Positions 29,311 to 39,605 of a stretch of 64,000 bases of DNA are shown in pieces. Each line of letters starts with the position of its first letter. Positions within the stretch are counted from its first letter, which is position 1. The stretch comes from Spirochaetia bacterium. Its GTDB lineage: Bacteria > Spirochaetota > Spirochaetia > SZUA-6 > Bin103. Position numbers and translations under genes: made by a program. The stretch is from assembly GCA_965208575.1 (NCBI GenBank), contig CBDBOV010000005.1, positions 224,001 through 288,000 of the forward strand. Reading direction: 5' to 3'. Below the pieces are notes generated by a model, which saw only the letters and a list, made by a program, of their open reading frames with translations, did not search any database and was not told where the DNA came from.

Positions 29311-29457
29311 CGTGCGCCTGCCAAGCGAACCACGTCTACCGTGAACAGGTCAAGCGCCAGCAAGCCCCAGCAAGCCAGCCAACCAGCCCAGCCCTTGATG
29401 GCGCGCCGGTCAAGTGCCGGATTGACGTTCATACACATACGTGTACACGTACACAGC

Positions 29458-29700
29458 ATGGCGACGAAGATGGTTTCCATTGATCTGGAGGCGTATGAGC
29501 GGTTGCGAAGCGCACGCCGGTCCCCGGATGACTCATTCTCGAAGGTGATCAAGCGTGCCGTGTGGCCACCGGTTCCGCGCACGGCGGCCGCGCTGCTGGC
29601 CGCGCTCGAAGCCATGCCGGCGATGAGCGAAGCCGAACTTGACCGTCTCGATGCCGCACAACTCGCTGACTCGGCACCGGAGGTGATCTCCTACCGCTGA
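29458..29700 (+). CDS. Orphan VapB-like antitoxin (DUF217/RHH-type); cognate toxin absent
   Basis: MATKMVSIDLEAYERL..ARR..DSFSKVIKR; upstream TTGACG and palindrome ACGTGTACACGT (29439-50). Confidence 0.7.
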   Translation: MATKMVSIDLEAYERLRSARRSPDDSFSKVIKRAVWPPVPRTAAALLAALEAMPAMSEAELDRLDAAQLADSAPEVISYR

Positions 29701-30770
29701 CCGGCGGCGCGTGCGAAGATGGCGACCAGTTCGGGGCGCAGGGGGTAGCGCAGCGGCTCGCCGGCGAAGTGGCGGCGGGCATCTTCGCACTGGCCGGTGA
29801 ACACGCCGCGGTGCGCGCCGTAGGTGGTGCCGGCGCGGTGCGGCGTGTGGATTACGTTCGGCAGGGTGCGCAGCGGGTCGTCGGGCGGCGGCGGCTCCGG
29901 GCTGAACACGTCGAGGGCGGCGCGCAGCTCGCCCGCCTGCAGGCGCTTGAGCAGCGGCGGCTGCTCCACCACGGCCATGCGCGACACCAGCACGAACACC
30001 GCCTCGTTCGGCAGGGCTTGGATCACCTCGCGGCTGATGATACCGATGGTCTCCGGGGTGGGCGGTATGGCGATGAAGAACACTTCGCTGCGCGCGGCCA
30101 TGGCGGCCAAGTCGGTAGCCTTGCGGCCGCCGGCAGCGGCGATCCGCTCCGCCGGCACGTAGGGGTCGAACGCTTCCCAATCAGTGTCGAACGGCGCCAG
30201 CATGCGCGCCAGGTGGCGGTGGATCTCGCCGAACCCGGCCAGCCCGACGCGCCGGCCCTGCAGCCGGTCGGGGGTTTCGGGCCGCTCGGGCATCTCCTTC
30301 CAGCGCACCCAGCCGTTGTCACCGACGATGCGGTGCTCCTGCGGGATGTTGCGCAGCGCGGCCAGCCCGAGCGCAAACTCGTACTCCGCCACCCACGGCG
30401 ACATGCAGGGCGCGGTTTCGGTGATGGCGATGCCCTGCGCGAGCGCCGCCTGCACGTCGATGAACTGGGCCTGCGTATAGTGGCAGGTGGACCCGATGTA
30501 GCGCAGCCGCGACGCCCGCGCCAGGCGCTCCGCGGACAGGTAGCCCATGCCCTGATCGCCCCAGCCGACCAGCACCAGGCCGTCGGCATCGGCGAGCGCG
30601 GCATCCACCTGCGCCGCACGCTCCTCTTCCGTCTGGTCCTTCGTCAGGTCGACGTGTACGCGCTCGGCGAACGAATCGAGCACCTCGGCCGCCGCATCGC
30701 TCCAGTGCATGTCCAGCGGCTGCCGCGACGCCCACGGGCCGAACAGCACCACGATCCTCGGTCGCGCCAT
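29691..30770 (-). CDS. D-isomer-specific 2-hydroxyacid dehydrogenase family, tandem paralogue A
   Basis: GRRVGLAGFGEI, DVFSPEP, TPHRAG; SD GGAGGG. Confidence 0.85.
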   Translation of the reverse strand: MARPRIVVLFGPWASRQPLDMHWSDAAAEVLDSFAERVHVDLTKDQTEEERAAQVDAALADADGLVLVGWGDQGMGYLSAERLARASRLRYIGSTCHYTQAQFIDVQAALAQGIAITETAPCMSPWVAEYEFALGLAALRNIPQEHRIVGDNGWVRWKEMPERPETPDRLQGRRVGLAGFGEIHRHLARMLAPFDTDWEAFDPYVPAERIAAAGGRKATDLAAMAARSEVFFIAIPPTPETIGIISREVIQALPNEAVFVLVSRMAVVEQPPLLKRLQAGELRAALDVFSPEPPPPDDPLRTLPNVIHTPHRAGTTYGAHRGVFTGQCEDARRHFAGEPLRYPLRPELVAIFARAAGQR

Positions 30771-30955
30771 CTTTCCCTCCTTGTATCCCGGTTCCATCCG
30801 AACCTCCCCGGGAACCTGCCCAGTGTAGCGAATCCGCTCCTGACGTTGACACCCGCCCGGTGGACTGGCCGGGCAGCCGGACCCGTGTACGAGCGCTGGG
30901 CGCGGACGAGCCGGGCTGCGCCTGAATGGGCCCTCCGAGTGCCCGCCGGCGCCGC

Positions 30956-32035
30956 TCAGCCGGTGCGGGCGGCCTTGGCGAAGATGGCGACCATTTCGGG
31001 CCGCAGGGGGTAGCGCAGCGGTTCGCCGGCGAAGTGGCGGCGCGCCTCGTGGCACTGGCCGAGAAACACGCCGAGGTGCGCACCGTAGGTGCCGCCGGCG
31101 CGGTGCGGCGTGTGGATCACGTTGGGCAGGGTGCGCAACGGGTCGTCCGGCGGGGGCGGCTCCGGGCTGTACACGTCGATGCCGGCGCGCAACTCGCCGG
31201 CCTGCAGCCGCTCCAGCAGCGGCGGCTGCTCCACCACCGCCATGCGCGACACCAGCACGAACACCGCGTCGCGCGGCAGCGCCATGATCACGTCCCGGTT
31301 GATGATGCCGATGGTCTCCGGGGTGGGCGGTATGGCGATGCAGAACACCTCGCTGCGCGCGGCCATGGCGACCAGGTCGTCCACCTTGCGCCCGCCCAGG
31401 GCCTCTATCCGTTCCGCGGGGATGTAGGGATCGAACGCTTCCCAGTCGGTGTGGAACGGCGCCAGCATGAGCGCCAGTTGACGGTGGATCTCGCCGAACC
31501 CGGCCAGCCCTACCCGCCGGCCGTGCAGCCGCTCTGGAACTTCCGCCAGCTCCGGGTGGTCGCCCCAGCGCACCCAGCCGTTGGCGCCGACCGTCGTGTG
31601 CTCCTGCGCCAGGTTGCGCAGCGTACCCAGCACCAGCGCCAACTCGTACTCCGCCACGAACGGCGACATCACCGGCGCCGTCTCGCTGATGGCGATGCCC
31701 TGCGCGATCGCCGCCTCCACGTCGATGAACGTGGCCTGCGTGTAGTGGCAGGTGGAACCGATGTAGCGCAGCCGGGGCGCCGCCGCGAGGCGCTCGGCGG
31801 ACAGGTAGCCCATGCCCTGCGAGCCCCAGCCGCGCAGCACCATGCCGTCGGCATCGGCAAGCGCTTCATCCACCTGCGCGGCACGCTGCTCCGGCGACTG
31901 GTCGGATTGCAGGTGAACCTCCACGCGTTCGGCGAACGGGTCGAGCACCTCGGCGGCCCGCTTGCTCCAGTACTGCGCGATCTGCGGGCTCAACCTCCAG
32001 GATCCACTCACCACAACGATCTTCGGACGTGCCAT
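30956..32035 (-). CDS. D-isomer-specific 2-hydroxyacid dehydrogenase family, tandem paralogue B
   Basis: Highly similar to 29691-30770; SD GGAGG. Confidence 0.85.
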   Translation of the reverse strand: MARPKIVVVSGSWRLSPQIAQYWSKRAAEVLDPFAERVEVHLQSDQSPEQRAAQVDEALADADGMVLRGWGSQGMGYLSAERLAAAPRLRYIGSTCHYTQATFIDVEAAIAQGIAISETAPVMSPFVAEYELALVLGTLRNLAQEHTTVGANGWVRWGDHPELAEVPERLHGRRVGLAGFGEIHRQLALMLAPFHTDWEAFDPYIPAERIEALGGRKVDDLVAMAARSEVFCIAIPPTPETIGIINRDVIMALPRDAVFVLVSRMAVVEQPPLLERLQAGELRAGIDVYSPEPPPPDDPLRTLPNVIHTPHRAGGTYGAHLGVFLGQCHEARRHFAGEPLRYPLRPEMVAIFAKAARTG

Positions 32036-32169
32036 GTCTACCTCCCTGTGCGGCCATGCGCCGGAACGGCGACCAGTGTAGCGCAGAGTGCGGCGCCTTG
32101 CCGCCACCTCCTGATGCGCGTTGATGCGCGTGATGCGTTTCACGGATGGGCCGTGCCCAGACCCGCGGG

Positions 32170-33633
32170 TCAGGCGACCGGTGGCCGTCGGTCGGACCAG
32201 GGCCGGGCTTCCTCGAGCTGCGAGGCGAGCCGGAACAGCAGGTCCTCGCGGCCGTAGGCGGCGATGAGTTGCACGCCGACCGGAAGCCCCGCGTCGGTCC
32301 AGTGCAGCGGCAGGGAGATGGCCGGCTGGCCGGACAGGTTGTAGTGCCCGGTGAAGGTGGCCAGCCCCAGCGGCTTGTCTTCTCCTTCGGCGTCGGACAG
32401 GTCCAGCTTGCGCAGACGCCCCGGTGCCACGCCGCCCTCCTTGAACCGGAACGGCAGGGTGGCCAGCGTCGGCGTCACCAGGATGTCGAATCCGCCTGCC
32501 CACCACCCGGCCAGCCGACGCACGTAGCAGTGCTGCTCGGCCACGGCCTGCATCAGTTGCACGCCGCTCACGTGGCCGGCCGCGTCCGCCGCGCTCCAGG
32601 TGTTCGGTTCCACATCCCCGGCGCCGAACTGGCGCCCGATCAGCGCACCGAGGCGGGACAGTTCGCTGGCCACGTGCACGTACTTGATCGCGTGCATCGT
32701 CTCGATCATCGCGCGATCCTCCAGCGGGTCGAGACAAGCCGGGCTGTCGTCCTCCACCTCGTGCCCGAGGTCCGCCAGCAGAGCGATGGTCGACTCGACG
32801 GCCGCGGCGCAGGGAGCGTCCCAGCCGCGTTCATGGGTGCGGAGCGTGCGGAAGCCGATGCGCAGGCGGCCCGGAACGACGCCCACTTCGTCGCGCCACG
32901 GCCGCACCGGCGGCGGCGCGATGCTGGGATCACCGGGCGCGGGACCGGCGCACGCGTCCAGCACCGCCGCCGAGTCGCGCACCGAGCGGGACAGAACGTG
33001 CTCACACGTCTTCTGGCCGAAGTGCTCGCCGAAGTCGGGTCCGAGCGTGATGCGCCCGCGCGACGGCTTCAGGCCGACCACGCCGCACGCGCTGGCCGGA
33101 ATCCGGATCGAGCCGCCGGAGTCGCCGCCGTGCGCCACCGGCACCAGACCGGCCGCCACCGCCGCCGCCGCGCCGCCGCTGGAGCCGCCGGCCGTGCGCT
33201 CGGTGTCCCACGGGTTGCGGGTCGGCCCATACGCCACCGAGTCGGTGATCGGGCTCAGAGCGAGCTCGGACAGGTTGCTCTTGCCGAGGATGGCAAACCC
33301 GGCGCGCTTGTAGCGTGCCCCGAGGTAGCTGTCGTGGGTGGAGCGGTAGCCCGCCTCCCGAAGCGCCCGCGTGGCCGCGTGGTGCGGTTCGCCCTTGATC
33401 TGGCACAGCGAGTCCTTGACCAGGAACGGCACGCCCCGGAACGGTCCGTCGGGCAACCCGGCGCGGGCCTCCTCGCGCACCCGCTCGAAGCGCCGCAGGA
33501 TCACCGCGTTGAGCTGCGGGTCGAGCCGTTCGATGCGGGCGATGGCGGCGTCGACCAGCTCGACCGCCGCGACCTCCCCGCTGCGCACCAACTCCGCCTG
33601 CGCCGTCGCATCCAGCCAGAGCAGGTCATCCAT
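32170..33633 (-). CDS. Amidase (amidase signature family)
   Basis: GVPFLVKD, GGSSGG, DSGGSIRIPASACGVVGLKPSRGR, GLPVGVQL. Confidence 0.93.
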   Translation of the reverse strand: MDDLLWLDATAQAELVRSGEVAAVELVDAAIARIERLDPQLNAVILRRFERVREEARAGLPDGPFRGVPFLVKDSLCQIKGEPHHAATRALREAGYRSTHDSYLGARYKRAGFAILGKSNLSELALSPITDSVAYGPTRNPWDTERTAGGSSGGAAAAVAAGLVPVAHGGDSGGSIRIPASACGVVGLKPSRGRITLGPDFGEHFGQKTCEHVLSRSVRDSAAVLDACAGPAPGDPSIAPPPVRPWRDEVGVVPGRLRIGFRTLRTHERGWDAPCAAAVESTIALLADLGHEVEDDSPACLDPLEDRAMIETMHAIKYVHVASELSRLGALIGRQFGAGDVEPNTWSAADAAGHVSGVQLMQAVAEQHCYVRRLAGWWAGGFDILVTPTLATLPFRFKEGGVAPGRLRKLDLSDAEGEDKPLGLATFTGHYNLSGQPAISLPLHWTDAGLPVGVQLIAAYGREDLLFRLASQLEEARPWSDRRPPVA

Positions 33634-33811
33634 GGTTGCCACACTATAACCGCCGGCCCGCCGCGTCGCCCACGGATTCACGCTCGGTTACACTCGTGGG
33701 TCCGAACGCCAGGAACGGCAGCATTCGCATGGCCGGGATCGACGGCAGACAACTTGCGGGAGCGCACGACGGGCGGCCAACTCCGCACGCGGCCACGGCG
33801 TGGAGGTGGCG

Positions 33812-36223
33812 CTACCGCGACGGTCCGGTGGCGGGAGCTGGTCCGTAGCCGTGGCACATGCGGTGGTGCGCCAGGCACGCGAGAACCAGGTTCTCCGGCT
33901 CCGGGCCGCCCCCCTCGGCAACCGGCAGCAGATGGTGGATCTGTAGCAGGTGGGACGAATTGCAGCGCCGACCGGTGAGCGGGTCCCGATAGCAGCAGCG
34001 CCCCCCGTCGCGCAGCCAGACGTGACGCCGGACAGCCGCTGGAATGGAGCGCCGCGGCGGCGCCCGGCGCGGGCCGAGCGGAACATCGCGGGTGCACCGC
34101 GGCGATGCTCCCCCCGGCGTGCCGCCCGCACCACGCGCAGGCGGCACGCCGCCGACCAACTTCGGCGCCGCAGTCGTTGCCGGCCGGATCGGCGTCGCAT
34201 CAGCGCCGTCGGTGGAGCCGCCGCCGACCAACTTCGGCGCCGCAGTCGTTGCCGGCCGGATCGGCGTCGCATCAGCGCCGTCGGTGGAGCCGCCGCCGGC
34301 CAACTTCGGCGCCGCAGTCGTTGCCGGCCGGATCCGCGTGGCACCAGCGCCGTCAGCGGAGCCGCCGCCGGCGCTCTGCCCCTCCGGCGCCGCAGCAACG
34401 GCGGGCGGGGCCGAAGCAGCGCCGCCTGCGCGGGTGCCAACTGCCCGCGCACCGCCCGCCGGGGCGGCGGGCGCAACGCCGCGCACCCCGGCAGCGTTGG
34501 GGGACGTCGCGGCCCGCGGCTGCTCGCCGGCGCCCGCGACCGCCGCCACGATCGAGGGTGTGCGGGTCCGCTCCCGCCGCGGCGATGCTGCCGCGCCGCC
34601 CGTACGCCCCCGCCTGCCACCGCCGCCACGCGGGTCGTACCGCGCCACCGCCTCGCGCACCAGGCGCGCCACCAGGTCCCCCCACGACATGCGCGGGTCG
34701 ACGTGCGACAGCAGGTTCTTCAGTTGGCGCAGTCCCTGCTCGCACTCCTGGTCGATGCTCACCTTCAACGTGTAGCGGTCCGGCGCCACCGCGCGCAGCG
34801 TGTCGCGCGGCGGCGCCACCTGCGGAGCGGCACTGGCCAGCAGGCCGGCGACCTGGCGCGTGGTCATGCCGACAGCCTGCTCAATCAACTCGCGCTGGCG
34901 CCGCGGGTGCAGCAGCGCGGCGGCCGACACCGGCCCGGCGGACCGCTCCGGGCCGGAACATGGTTCCGGGTTGGAACAAAGTTCCGGGTTCCGATCACCC
35001 CGCAACGGCGCCGGTGCGAGCGCAGCGGTGAGCCGCGGCTCCGATGCGGCCACGACCGGCAACGGTACCGGCTCGGCACCACTCGCCGGCGGCAGCAGTG
35101 GCGCGGCCGGGCCTTGGTACGATGCGGCCACGGCGGCACCGGGAGCGCGCAACGGTGCCGGACAGTCCCAGGCGGCGCCGCTCGACTCCCGCCGCGCCGG
35201 CAGCGCATCGGCATGCCGGGCGCCGAGGTGCTGCGCAGCCGCGTGGCTCGCCACCGGCACCACCGGCGTGGCCGCCGCCTCGTCACCTGCGAGCCCGGGC
35301 CGCGGTACACGCCCCGGCGCCGCAGGCGGTAGCGCGTGCAGCGTGGCGGCCGTCGAAGCCGGTGCAGCGCCCGAGGTGGCGGCACTCGAGTCCAATCGGC
35401 CCCGCGGCTGCGCACCCGCCGCTGCCGGGCGGGCACCGACTGCCTCCAAGTCGTCCAAAGATAGGCTGCAACGGTCGCTCACGGTATGCCGGGCCCCGCG
35501 GCCTCCGGCGGCACCGAGCGACCCCGCCGCCGGTTCGTCCGACGATGGCCTGCAACGGTCGCTCCCGGTTTGCCGGTCCCCGTGGCCTCGGGCGTCACCG
35601 AGCGACCCCGCCGCCGGTTCGTCCGACGATGGGCTGCAACGGTCGTTCCCGGTATGCCGGTCCCCGCGGCCCCCGGCGTCACCGAGCGACCGCGCCTCCT
35701 GGTCGACGGCGGCCACGCCGGGCGGCGCCGATGCCGTCACCGCCGCGGCACCGGCCATCCCCGCTCCCGACGCTTCGGCATCCTGGTCACCCGCTGCGCT
35801 CGGCGCACCAGGCAGCCCGTGCAGATCTTCGCAGCGCTCCGGATCGACGGTCGCGCTCTCTCTCCGGCACGTGCGCTCGGCCGCCCCAAACGCCGTCTCC
35901 AACTGCGCCGCCGACGTCACACTCAGCTCGCCGCTGTGCAGCATGGCCCGCACCCAGCCATGCCGCCGGCACAACCTCATGGTCTGAATACGCCGTTGCG
36001 CGGCCGCGTCGGTGAAGCGCAACTCCCGCACCGCGTAGTCGAACAGGCTCGAGAACCCGCGCCGCAGCGCCAGCCCACGTCGGTCAATCTCGTCGAGATG
36101 GTCCAGGATGTGCACCTCGAGGCCGCGCTCGTTGGCCGCCAGGCGCCTGGTCTGCTCCAGGAGCTGCTGATCACCGAGTGAGCTGAAGGGTCGTCTGGCG
36201 GTCCCGCCGGTCATGTTTGGCAT
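33812..36223 (-). CDS. HNH endonuclease with helical N-terminal (DUF222-like) domain and repeat-expanded linkers, copy 1
   Basis: N-term LLEQTRRLA..ILDHLDEIDRR..GFSSLFDYAV; C-term IPAAVRRHVWLRDGGRC..RC..LQIHH..GG..NL..CLAHH. Confidence 0.85.
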   Translation of the reverse strand: MPNMTGGTARRPFSSLGDQQLLEQTRRLAANERGLEVHILDHLDEIDRRGLALRRGFSSLFDYAVRELRFTDAAAQRRIQTMRLCRRHGWVRAMLHSGELSVTSAAQLETAFGAAERTCRRESATVDPERCEDLHGLPGAPSAAGDQDAEASGAGMAGAAAVTASAPPGVAAVDQEARSLGDAGGRGDRHTGNDRCSPSSDEPAAGSLGDARGHGDRQTGSDRCRPSSDEPAAGSLGAAGGRGARHTVSDRCSLSLDDLEAVGARPAAAGAQPRGRLDSSAATSGAAPASTAATLHALPPAAPGRVPRPGLAGDEAAATPVVPVASHAAAQHLGARHADALPARRESSGAAWDCPAPLRAPGAAVAASYQGPAAPLLPPASGAEPVPLPVVAASEPRLTAALAPAPLRGDRNPELCSNPEPCSGPERSAGPVSAAALLHPRRQRELIEQAVGMTTRQVAGLLASAAPQVAPPRDTLRAVAPDRYTLKVSIDQECEQGLRQLKNLLSHVDPRMSWGDLVARLVREAVARYDPRGGGGRRGRTGGAAASPRRERTRTPSIVAAVAGAGEQPRAATSPNAAGVRGVAPAAPAGGARAVGTRAGGAASAPPAVAAAPEGQSAGGGSADGAGATRIRPATTAAPKLAGGGSTDGADATPIRPATTAAPKLVGGGSTDGADATPIRPATTAAPKLVGGVPPARGAGGTPGGASPRCTRDVPLGPRRAPPRRSIPAAVRRHVWLRDGGRCCYRDPLTGRRCNSSHLLQIHHLLPVAEGGGPEPENLVLACLAHHRMCHGYGPAPATGPSR
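34151..34366 (-). repeat. 72-bp in-frame tandem repeat x3 in the HNH gene linker
   Basis: Units start at 34151, 34223, 34295 (plus strand); encode GGSTDGADATPIRPATTAAPKL. Confidence 0.9.
35466..35691 (-). repeat. 84-bp in-frame tandem repeat, about x3, in the HNH gene
   Basis: CTGCAACGGTCG at 35466, 35550, 35634. Confidence 0.88.
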
Positions 36224-36500
36224 GCCTTAAATATAACACTGACCTGTAGATAGCACTTTCTTTCAGGTCCTCGACCCGGTGCCGGCAGCGCCCGTGGGGC
36301 GCGAATTGGCGGCTCCAGGGGCACGCGGTCGGCCACTTGACGGTCGCAGACCATTGCCGGACTTCAAGGCCCGCCAGCGGCCTTCAGCGGCAGCGGAAAA
36401 GTGCGTCAACCCCTGCGCCCGATTTTCTGCAGTTATTTTGGTGCAGGTCGAACCCCGCGCACCGCGGCACGCAGGGACCCACCCCACGCTGCAAAAGATG
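36224..36500 (-). promoter_or_regulatory. Conserved non-coding upstream region of HNH copy 1
   Basis: Colinear blocks shared with 53992-54266; TATATT 6 nt before the ATG. Confidence 0.6.
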
Positions 36501-36698
36501 GTCCGACCCGCCCGGCACGTGGGCCTCACGAGACCGGCGCCCGCGGCAGCCCGCCCGGTCCCCCATCTGCTGCCGTGCCGACCGGAGCGGTGGGTTGAGA
36601 CCGGTGCGTGCCGACTTCGTCAACCGCCACCAACGCTTTCGCATTCGCACCGACACACACACGTTGCCGTGTACACTACCATCGTGTAGAATGATGCC

Positions 36699-36923
36699 AT
36701 GCGGAACATCACTCTGAGCGCCGACGAGGCGCTGATCCAGGCCGCGCGCAAGCGGGCGAGCGCCGAGAATACCACGTTGAACGGCGCATTTCGCCGCTGG
36801 CTCGCCAGCTATGCACGGCGTGACCGGCAGGCGGCCGACGCGATGGCGCTGATCGACGAGATCAGCAGTTACGCACGCACAGGCGGCCAGAAGTTCAGCC
36901 GGGACGAACTGAACGAGCGGTGA
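36699..36923 (+). CDS. Antitoxin (RHH-like)
   Basis: MRNITLSADEALIQAARKRA..TTLN..FR.WL..FSRDELNER; overlaps a PIN gene. Confidence 0.8.
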   Translation: MRNITLSADEALIQAARKRASAENTTLNGAFRRWLASYARRDRQAADAMALIDEISSYARTGGQKFSRDELNER

Positions 36924-37360
36924 GCTTCGTCGACTCGAACGTCTTCGTATATCTGTTCGACGAAGCCGATCCGGCAAAGCGGCGTCGCGCCCGGGAGATC
37001 GTGCGACTGTCGCTTTCGCAGAGCTGGGTCGTCAGCTACCAGGTAGTCCAGGAGACGCTCAACGTGATCACGCGCAAACTCAAGACCCCGGTGACGGCAG
37101 ACCATGCCCGCCGTTTCCTGAATGCCGTATTGCTGCCGTTGTGGTCGGTGGCGCCCAGTGCCGAGCTGTACCGCCGCGGTCTGGAAATCCAGTCCCGCTA
37201 CCAGTATGGGTTCTACGACGCACTGATCATCGCCGCCGCGCTCGAAGCATCCTGCACACGGTTGCTCAGCGAGGACATGCGGCACGGCCAGAGGATCGAC
37301 ACGCTGACTATCGAGAATCCGTTTCGGGGTCTACCGCGCAGTGCCGAATCGAATGACTGA
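36920..37360 (+). CDS. vapC: PIN-domain toxin
   Basis: FVDSNVFVY, SYQVVQE, FYDALIIAAAL, LLSEDMRHG..IENPF. Confidence 0.92.
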   Translation: MSFVDSNVFVYLFDEADPAKRRRAREIVRLSLSQSWVVSYQVVQETLNVITRKLKTPVTADHARRFLNAVLLPLWSVAPSAELYRRGLEIQSRYQYGFYDALIIAAALEASCTRLLSEDMRHGQRIDTLTIENPFRGLPRSAESND

Positions 37361-37681
37361 TCAATCTTGCGCCGAGGTCTCGAGTTGCACTCGACTGCGC
37401 TGCAGCGTGTCCTCGAACGCCGGGTCGCTGCGCAGCCACCGGAAGTCGTACTCCCGGCAGTGGCCGTCGCGGCTCAGGTCGTCCAGGTAGACGGCGGCCA
37501 GCTCACCGCGGGTGCAGCCCTCCGGCAGCGGCTCCCGCGGGGCGCCGCAGAGAAAGGCCAGCAGGTCGTCGAGGTAGCGCAACGCCTCGTTGCGGACTCG
37601 CAATTGCGAGAATGCCAGCAGCAGGTATTGCAGGGTCAGGAGCCGGGTCGGACTCTCGGTCCGGGGCAGGGTATCGGTCAT
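37361..37681 (-). CDS. Hypothetical protein (106 aa)
   Basis: GC-biased codon use, AAGGGG upstream, divergent from the peptidase; no family recognised. Confidence 0.55.
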   Translation of the reverse strand: MTDTLPRTESPTRLLTLQYLLLAFSQLRVRNEALRYLDDLLAFLCGAPREPLPEGCTRGELAAVYLDDLSRDGHCREYDFRWLRSDPAFEDTLQRSRVQLETSAQD

Positions 37682-37768
37682 CTTATCGCCCCCTTGACAA
37701 CAAGCTACCCCGGCCGCGCCGGGGCGCCGTGAATGTCCGGTAAACCTTCTGTTAAGGTGCGCTAACTC

Positions 37769-38863
37769 ATGATCGATACCGCGAGACTGCTCGACACGTT
37801 TCTGGCCATTCTGCGCATCGACAGCTACCACCCCAACGAGGATCCGGTGGTCGACGCGCTGCGTTCCAAGCTGCTGCACGCGGGAATGAGCCTTGAGGCC
37901 GACCCGCACCGCAACGTGCTCGGCTATTGGCCGGGATCGGGCGCCAAGGCTGACCACGAGCCGGTCCTGCTGTGCGCTCACACCGATACAGTTCGGCCCA
38001 CGCCCGGCATGGAGCCGGTGATCCGCGACGGAGCCGTGCACACCGACGGGTCGAGCGTGCTCGGGGCGGATGACAAGGCGGCGGTGGCGGCCATGGTGGA
38101 AGCGGTGGAGGCGATAGCCGCCGAGGGCGTTGCCCACCCGCCGGTGGAACTGCTGTTCACAGTCGGCGAGGATGTTGGGCATATCGGCTCGAAGGCGTTC
38201 GACGTAGCTCCGGTGCGCTCGCCGATGGCGTTCATTGCGGACGTCGACGGGCCGGTAGGGGCCGTGATTCTGGCCAGCCCGTGGTCGGAGACGCTGGTGG
38301 TCACCTTCCGCGGCCGCGCCGCGCACGCCGGCACGGAGCCGGAGTCGGGGCGCAGCGCGCTGCAGATGGCGGCGCGCGCCGTCGACCGGATGCGGCTCGG
38401 CCGCGTCGACGCGCACACCACCGCCAACGCCGGCGTGCTTACCGGAGGCGAGGAATCCAACATCGTCCCGGCGCACGCCGAGCTGAAGCTGCAGGTGCGC
38501 AGCCTCGATGAAGGCGCGTTCCGGGCCCACCGGGCGCACCTGCTGGAGTGCTGCCGGCAGGGTGCCGAGGCGTTCGGAGGCAGCGCGGAGGTGGAGTCGG
38601 TCAACTCGACCACCGGCTATCGCTTCGACCGCGACGAGCCGGTGGTGCAGCGGGCGCAGCGCGCGATCCGGGCGGCCGGGCTGACCCCGCGCCTCGCCAC
38701 CTCAGGCGGGACCAGCGACGCCAACGAGTTCAACGCCAAGGGCCTGCCCACGGCGGTCATCTCGGTCGGCTACCGCGACATCCACACCAACCAGGAATCA
38801 ATGCCTCTCGACGAGCTCGAGCGCCTGACCCACGTGTGCCGCGCCCTGATGCTCGGCGCGTGA
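37769..38863 (+). CDS. M20 family peptidase T-like metallohydrolase
   Basis: AHTDTV, LGADDKA, FTVGED (variant of EE), GRAAHAG, GGTSDAN, IHT. Confidence 0.9.
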   Translation: MIDTARLLDTFLAILRIDSYHPNEDPVVDALRSKLLHAGMSLEADPHRNVLGYWPGSGAKADHEPVLLCAHTDTVRPTPGMEPVIRDGAVHTDGSSVLGADDKAAVAAMVEAVEAIAAEGVAHPPVELLFTVGEDVGHIGSKAFDVAPVRSPMAFIADVDGPVGAVILASPWSETLVVTFRGRAAHAGTEPESGRSALQMAARAVDRMRLGRVDAHTTANAGVLTGGEESNIVPAHAELKLQVRSLDEGAFRAHRAHLLECCRQGAEAFGGSAEVESVNSTTGYRFDRDEPVVQRAQRAIRAAGLTPRLATSGGTSDANEFNAKGLPTAVISVGYRDIHTNQESMPLDELERLTHVCRALMLGA

Positions 38864-38907
38864 GGGTACCTTGTCCACTCCAGGGGTAGTGCTTAAACTC
38901 ACTATCG

Positions 38908-39605
38908 ATGTATCCGGCCGAGATGCAGTCAGTATTCGAAGCTGCCGCTCGCCTTCAGGAGTTAGTGCCCGACGCCGTACTGGTCGGAGGCACGGCGGCG
39001 GCTCACCATGCCGCACACCGAATGTCGCTTGGAGACGATCACGTCGTGGCCGACCTGCGGAGTCGCTTCGATGAGATCCTGGCTGATCTCGAGACGACCC
39101 AAGGCTGGATCACCGCCCGCATACAGCGGCCCGTACTGATCCTCGGCCGCCTCGACGGTGTGGAGACGGGCGTGAGGAATCTGATCCGGCGGCGGCCGCT
39201 GGAGGTGGAGCAGGCGCAAGTGGGACTTCGCGCTTTGCGGTGCCGACGCTGGCAGAGATCTGCCGCATCAAGGCGTGGCTCTGTCTGATCCGGAACGCGA
39301 CGCGAGACTATCTCGATTTTGCCGCGCTCGCGGCCCGGCTTGGCGAAGCCGCCACGGTGTCGGTGGTGATCACATTGGACGACTACTACGCCGATCAGAT
39401 CGGTCCCGGTGGCCGGCGGGTTGCCACCCAGGTTGCCAGGCAGCTCGCCGAGCCGCGCCCGGACGATCTGTCGAGTGTCGACCTGACCTCGTACCGCAAG
39501 CTGGACTCGCGCTGGCAGAACTGGCAGACGGTGGCCGACTGGTGCCGCCGAATCGCCGTCGGGGTACTCGATCAGGTAGCCAACGCACCGAAGGGCACTC
39601 CGTGA
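38908..39605 (+). pseudogene. Nucleotidyltransferase-like (AbiEii-type) toxin, frameshifted near 39230
   Basis: AVLVGGTAA..HRMS..DH in one frame; PTLAEICRIKAWL..RNATRDYLD in the next. Confidence 0.65.

Noticed and set aside
32112-32138. Short tandem repeats (TGATGCGCG x3; similar ones near 29355, 41342, 47224, 51351)
   Set aside because: Small intergenic slippage repeats with no shared consensus or evident function.
33812-36223. HNH proteins as IscB/Cas9-like nucleases or retroelement proteins
   Set aside because: No PLMP, split RuvC or reverse-transcriptase motifs in either copy.
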